DNA of 64,000 nucleotides from Acidobacteriota bacterium (lineage in GTDB: Bacteria > Acidobacteriota > UBA4820): NCBI GenBank assembly GCA_029559035.1, contig JAKQCT010000011.1:1512-65511 (forward strand), in the 5' to 3' direction. Shown here in pieces: positions 60,858 through 64,000 of the stretch; position 1 is the first letter of the stretch, and the number at the start of each line of letters is the position of its first letter. A program made the position numbers and the translations under genes. The notes beneath the pieces were generated by a model. It was given only the letters and a program-made list of their open reading frames with translations. It did no database searches and was not told the origin of the DNA.

Positions 60858-60886
60858 GAACCCTAAACGAAATAATGGAGGGCAAG

Positions 60887-63800
60887 ATGAAAAAGAAGAG
60901 TGCCGGGATCGTTTTCATGGTGTGGTTCGTCGTCATGGCGTGCTGCTTCCAGGTTTTCGGGTTCGGGATCAAGAAGGAGAAGGGTGCACTGGAGTCCCTC
61001 GCCTTCGTGGCCCCGGAACTGAGAGTGGTCGAAACGTCAGCAGATTTCAGGGGGATAACCGGGGAGTTCGCGTCCTCGAGAGGAATATCTGCTTTCCTGA
61101 CCGAGAACGGAGACCCGTGGTCCGTCACGGTGGACCTGAGAAGAGGGATCCCGTCTCTTCTCGACGGAGGAGCGATACCGTTCCTGCCGGGCGCGGCGAA
61201 CAGCCTTGCGTGGAGTTCCTTCGCTCCCGGATGCGGGTCGATACAGTGTCTGCCGGCCGAACGCGTCGAAGCGATAGCCAGAGAATTCCTTGACAGGTAT
61301 CCCGGGCTGTTCCCTGTAACACCGGGCCAGCTGGTCCTCGACCGGGAAGGCACGATAGCGATAGGCGAATCGCTTTATTTCCTAAGGTTCCAATGGATAG
61401 TGGATGGCATACCTGTCGAGAAGGGGTCCATCTACTTCAGGATCAACAACGGAAATCTTGTCCAGGTCGCTTCCACCAGGATAGCTCCTGTAGCGCTGGA
61501 CACAACGCCAAGTTTCACCCCCGAAACCGCGTGGCAGATACTGAACGGGTACCTTGGCGATGCTGGCATTACCGAAAAGGACAGCATCCTGGACCGTGGA
61601 AGGCTCGTGATAATTCCCACTACGAGAAAAGGCCTGAACGCGAACGTCTACTCCGGCAACATGGGGGAAATGGCCACTTTCAATCTTGCCTACAGGCTCG
61701 TTTTCAGACGCCCGGGCGTTACGGGCACCTGGGAGGCCATTATAGACGCCCATACGGGAGAGATCCTCAGGTTCGTCGACACCAACCGCTACGGAAGCGT
61801 GCACGGCGGAGTGTACACGACAGACGGGTTCCCCCCGGAAGCGGACCGTCCGTTCCCGTTCGCCGACATAGGCGGCGGGCTTTATTCCAATGAGGGCGGA
61901 ACTTTTTCAGGGAACAACGCGACGGTAACGCTTGTCGGGAAATACACCCACATTGAGGACGATTGCGGAAGCATCAGCAACGCCACGACCACTGGCGATG
62001 TAGATTTCGGCATGAGCTCGGGAACCGACTGCACGACTCCGACTCCCAACAACGGCGGGCCCGGTAACACACATTCCGCGAGGACTCTCTTTTACATGGC
62101 CACGCAGGTCAACATGAAGGCCAGGACGTATCTTCCGACCAACACATGGCTCAACACCGACTACATTACATGCATAGTGAACCAGCCGGCGTGGTGCAAC
62201 GCCACATCAGGCGGCGGGACGATAAACTTTTACCAGTCGACTTACGATTGCAACAATCTCGGCGAGATCCCCGGCGTAGCCCTTCACGAGTGGGGCCACT
62301 CGATGGATGATTTCGACGGCTCGGGCGGGGACAGCCCGCCGGTCGAGACACGCGCCGACTGGACCGCGACTCTCCAGACCCACGATTCCTGTACGGGGAG
62401 GGGCGCTTTTATCGGCGCATACTGCAACGGTTACGGCGATCCCTGCACGGATTGCAGCGGTATCAGGGATGCCGACAGGACCAAGCACACCGACACTTCT
62501 CCGTGGACGGCCGCGAACGGCGCCGGGGATGTCTATGACTGCGGCGGAGCAGGTTCTTACAACGGGCCGTGCGGGTGGGAGGACCATTGCGAATCGGGCA
62601 TCTCGACCCAGGCCCTCTGGGAACTGGTCATGACCGACCTTCCCGCGCTGAGCTCGATGGATGTCACCTCCGCATGGATGCTCGTCGACCGCCTGTTCTA
62701 CAGTTCCATGCCCACTCTGGGAGACATGTACACCTGCACGCCGCCGACTTCCAACGGGTGCGGCGGCACCAGCATATATACCACTTTCAGGGCGATAGAC
62801 GACACCGGCGACGGGACGGCCAACGGGACTCCCAACGCCGCGGCTATTTTCTCGGCTCTCAACCGCCACAACATCGCCTGCGGCGCCTCCGGAGACGCCA
62901 CGAACCAGAACCAGACCAGCTGTCCGAGCCTCGCTCAGGTCATCGCGTCGGGCAGCGCCGGGAGCAACTCGTCCATTCTCTCCTGGAGTGCCGTGACCGA
63001 TGCCACGCGTTATTTCGTTTTCAGGAACGACACCGGCTGCGACGCAGGCTTCACCAGGATAGCAACAGTCACCGCACCCACGGTCACATATACGGACCTC
63101 AACGGAACGAACGGGCTCACATCCTATTACAGGGTCCAGGCAGTGACAGGCAACGACTCGTGCGTCGGACCGATGAGCGACTGCGTTTCAGTGACACCCC
63201 AGCCGTGCGCCGGTACAGTTACCCTCGACAGCGCCATCTATAACTGCGCGTCGACGGTCAATGTCACCGTTCTCGATTCGACCGCCCCCGCCTCGCCTTT
63301 CACTGTCTCAGCCTGGTCCACGACCGATTCTACGGTCAAGACGATCCAGGTCGCCGGAAGCCCCTCGACCTATACAGGATCTTTTACCCTGACAACAGGC
63401 GCTGCCGGTCCGACCCAGGTGCAGGTGGCTGACGGAGCCACTGTGACTGTCCGTTACGTTGACGCGGATTACTGCGGCACGCCCAACGTCGATGTGGACA
63501 TGACGGCCGTCGTCGACTGCGCCGGTCCGGTGATCAGCAACGTTCTGGCGACGAACGTGACCGGGAACAGCGCGACGATCACATGGACCACCAGCGAGAA
63601 CGCCAACAGCACGGTGAACTACGGGACCGCGACACCGCCCGGAAGCACGGTCAACGACCTTACGAATTACGTAACGAGCCACAGCGTCCTCGTGACGGGG
63701 CTCCTTCCCTGCACGACCTATTATTTCTCTGTCGCTTCCGTTGATTTGGCCGGGAACGGCACGACAGAGGACAACGGAGGGGCGTATTACACCTTCACGA

Positions 63801-64000
63801 CCGGCGTCAACGTCAACCCAACCTACGCTTCGACCGATGTTCCGAAAGCCATTCCCGACAACACGACGGTGACATCCACTATCGCGGTAGCGGACGATAA
63901 AGTGATACAAGACTTAAACGTTACGATCACGAACATCACACACACCTACGACGGGGACCTCGACATCTTCATCATAGCTCCCGATGCAGCCGAAGTTGAA
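60887..64000 (+). CDS. Secreted HEXXH zinc metalloprotease with thermolysin/fungalysin-type propeptide, FN3 modules and proprotein-convertase P-domain; 3' end beyond the window
   Basis: Absent from the track (no stop in the window). Hand translation of frame 2 is open from ATG 60887 to 64000. Contents: MKKKSAGIVFMVWFVVMACCFQVFG (signal); FLDRYPGLF..YFLRFQWIVDGIPVEKGSIYFRINNGNLVQV and WEAIIDAHTGEILRF (FTP/PepSY-like propeptide); GVALHEWGHSMDD (zinc site, about 62290-62320); two FN3-like modules (YYRVQAV; ITWTTSENANSTVNYG..YYFSV); KAIPDNTTVTSTIAVADDKVIQDLNVTITNITHTYDGDLDIFIIAPD (P-domain). Confidence 0.85.
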   Translation, partial: MKKKSAGIVFMVWFVVMACCFQVFGFGIKKEKGALESLAFVAPELRVVETSADFRGITGEFASSRGISAFLTENGDPWSVTVDLRRGIPSLLDGGAIPFLPGAANSLAWSSFAPGCGSIQCLPAERVEAIAREFLDRYPGLFPVTPGQLVLDREGTIAIGESLYFLRFQWIVDGIPVEKGSIYFRINNGNLVQVASTRIAPVALDTTPSFTPETAWQILNGYLGDAGITEKDSILDRGRLVIIPTTRKGLNANVYSGNMGEMATFNLAYRLVFRRPGVTGTWEAIIDAHTGEILRFVDTNRYGSVHGGVYTTDGFPPEADRPFPFADIGGGLYSNEGGTFSGNNATVTLVGKYTHIEDDCGSISNATTTGDVDFGMSSGTDCTTPTPNNGGPGNTHSARTLFYMATQVNMKARTYLPTNTWLNTDYITCIVNQPAWCNATSGGGTINFYQSTYDCNNLGEIPGVALHEWGHSMDDFDGSGGDSPPVETRADWTATLQTHDSCTGRGAFIGAYCNGYGDPCTDCSGIRDADRTKHTDTSPWTAANGAGDVYDCGGAGSYNGPCGWEDHCESGISTQALWELVMTDLPALSSMDVTSAWMLVDRLFYSSMPTLGDMYTCTPPTSNGCGGTSIYTTFRAIDDTGDGTANGTPNAAAIFSALNRHNIACGASGDATNQNQTSCPSLAQVIASGSAGSNSSILSWSAVTDATRYFVFRNDTGCDAGFTRIATVTAPTVTYTDLNGTNGLTSYYRVQAVTGNDSCVGPMSDCVSVTPQPCAGTVTLDSAIYNCASTVNVTVLDSTAPASPFTVSAWSTTDSTVKTIQVAGSPSTYTGSFTLTTGAAGPTQVQVADGATVTVRYVDADYCGTPNVDVDMTAVVDCAGPVISNVLATNVTGNSATITWTTSENANSTVNYGTATPPGSTVNDLTNYVTSHSVLVTGLLPCTTYYFSVASVDLAGNGTTEDNGGAYYTFTTGVNVNPTYASTDVPKAIPDNTTVTSTIAVADDKVIQDLNVTITNITHTYDGDLDIFIIAPDAAEVE

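Noticed and set aside
60386-60886. Short ORFs 60568-60795 (+), 60593-60835 (-) and 60814-61353 (-)
   Set aside because: No RBS and odd composition. The last one is antisense to the hand-recovered metalloprotease ORF. I treated them as non-coding or shadow frames.

Overview
This is a GC-rich (about 60% by eye) chromosomal segment. It appears to come from a diderm, probably anaerobic bacterium of an uncultivated-type lineage. Supporting signs are AGG/ATA-rich codon usage, a tetrahaem cytochrome c3, an NrfC/NrfD-type module, a BMC shell gene, and many sigma54 and Hanks-kinase regulators.

I call about 50 protein genes, one transposase relic, and several promoters and terminators. I recovered two long ORFs by hand that the supplied track lacks because they run off the window:
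- an acylating aldehyde dehydrogenase at 1-1263 (-), coupled to a BMC-H shell gene;
- a secreted HEXXH metalloprotease at 60887-64000 (+).

Most of the window is core: udg, coaBC, aspS, hisS, nadA, ampG, rsgA, pit, argS, sppA, and a complete rrf2-sufCBD-sufU-Rieske-sufS operon.

Unusual content:
1. **Kelch island (11.2-19.6 kb).** A visibly lower-GC two-gene island encodes twin 1323/1444-aa secreted proteins. Each has an unknown N-domain, 14 Kelch blades with one Cys per blade, Cys-pair Ig-like repeats and an unknown C-domain. The two genes share patchy nucleotide identity, carry poly-G tracts, and have an IS-end relic upstream.
2. **Signalling chain (48.7-58.0 kb).** A tightly translationally coupled set of six genes: repeat-pseudokinase-kinase, PIN-PhoH, DUF4390-like protein, NtrY-like kinase, sigma54 regulator, and an MglA-family GTPase. 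The GTPase has a 145-aa C-terminal extension and no MglB.
3. **PilB/GspE-family pseudo-ATPase.** It keeps its MshEN (c-di-GMP-type) motifs and zinc finger and sits next to an orphan sigma54 regulator.
4. **NrfC/NrfD/cytochrome c3 operon.** It is interrupted by a sensor kinase whose phospho-accepting His is Asp and whose periplasmic loop carries a CX4CH motif.
5. **Orphan mini transcription unit (1779-2053).** It could encode a small basic protein or an sRNA.

My best guess for something genuinely undescribed is the Kelch island, followed by the MglA-terminated signalling operon.

Limits: I ran no searches or computations. Every family call rests on motifs I recognise in the translations. Coordinates of short motifs were counted by hand. 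GC statements are by eye.
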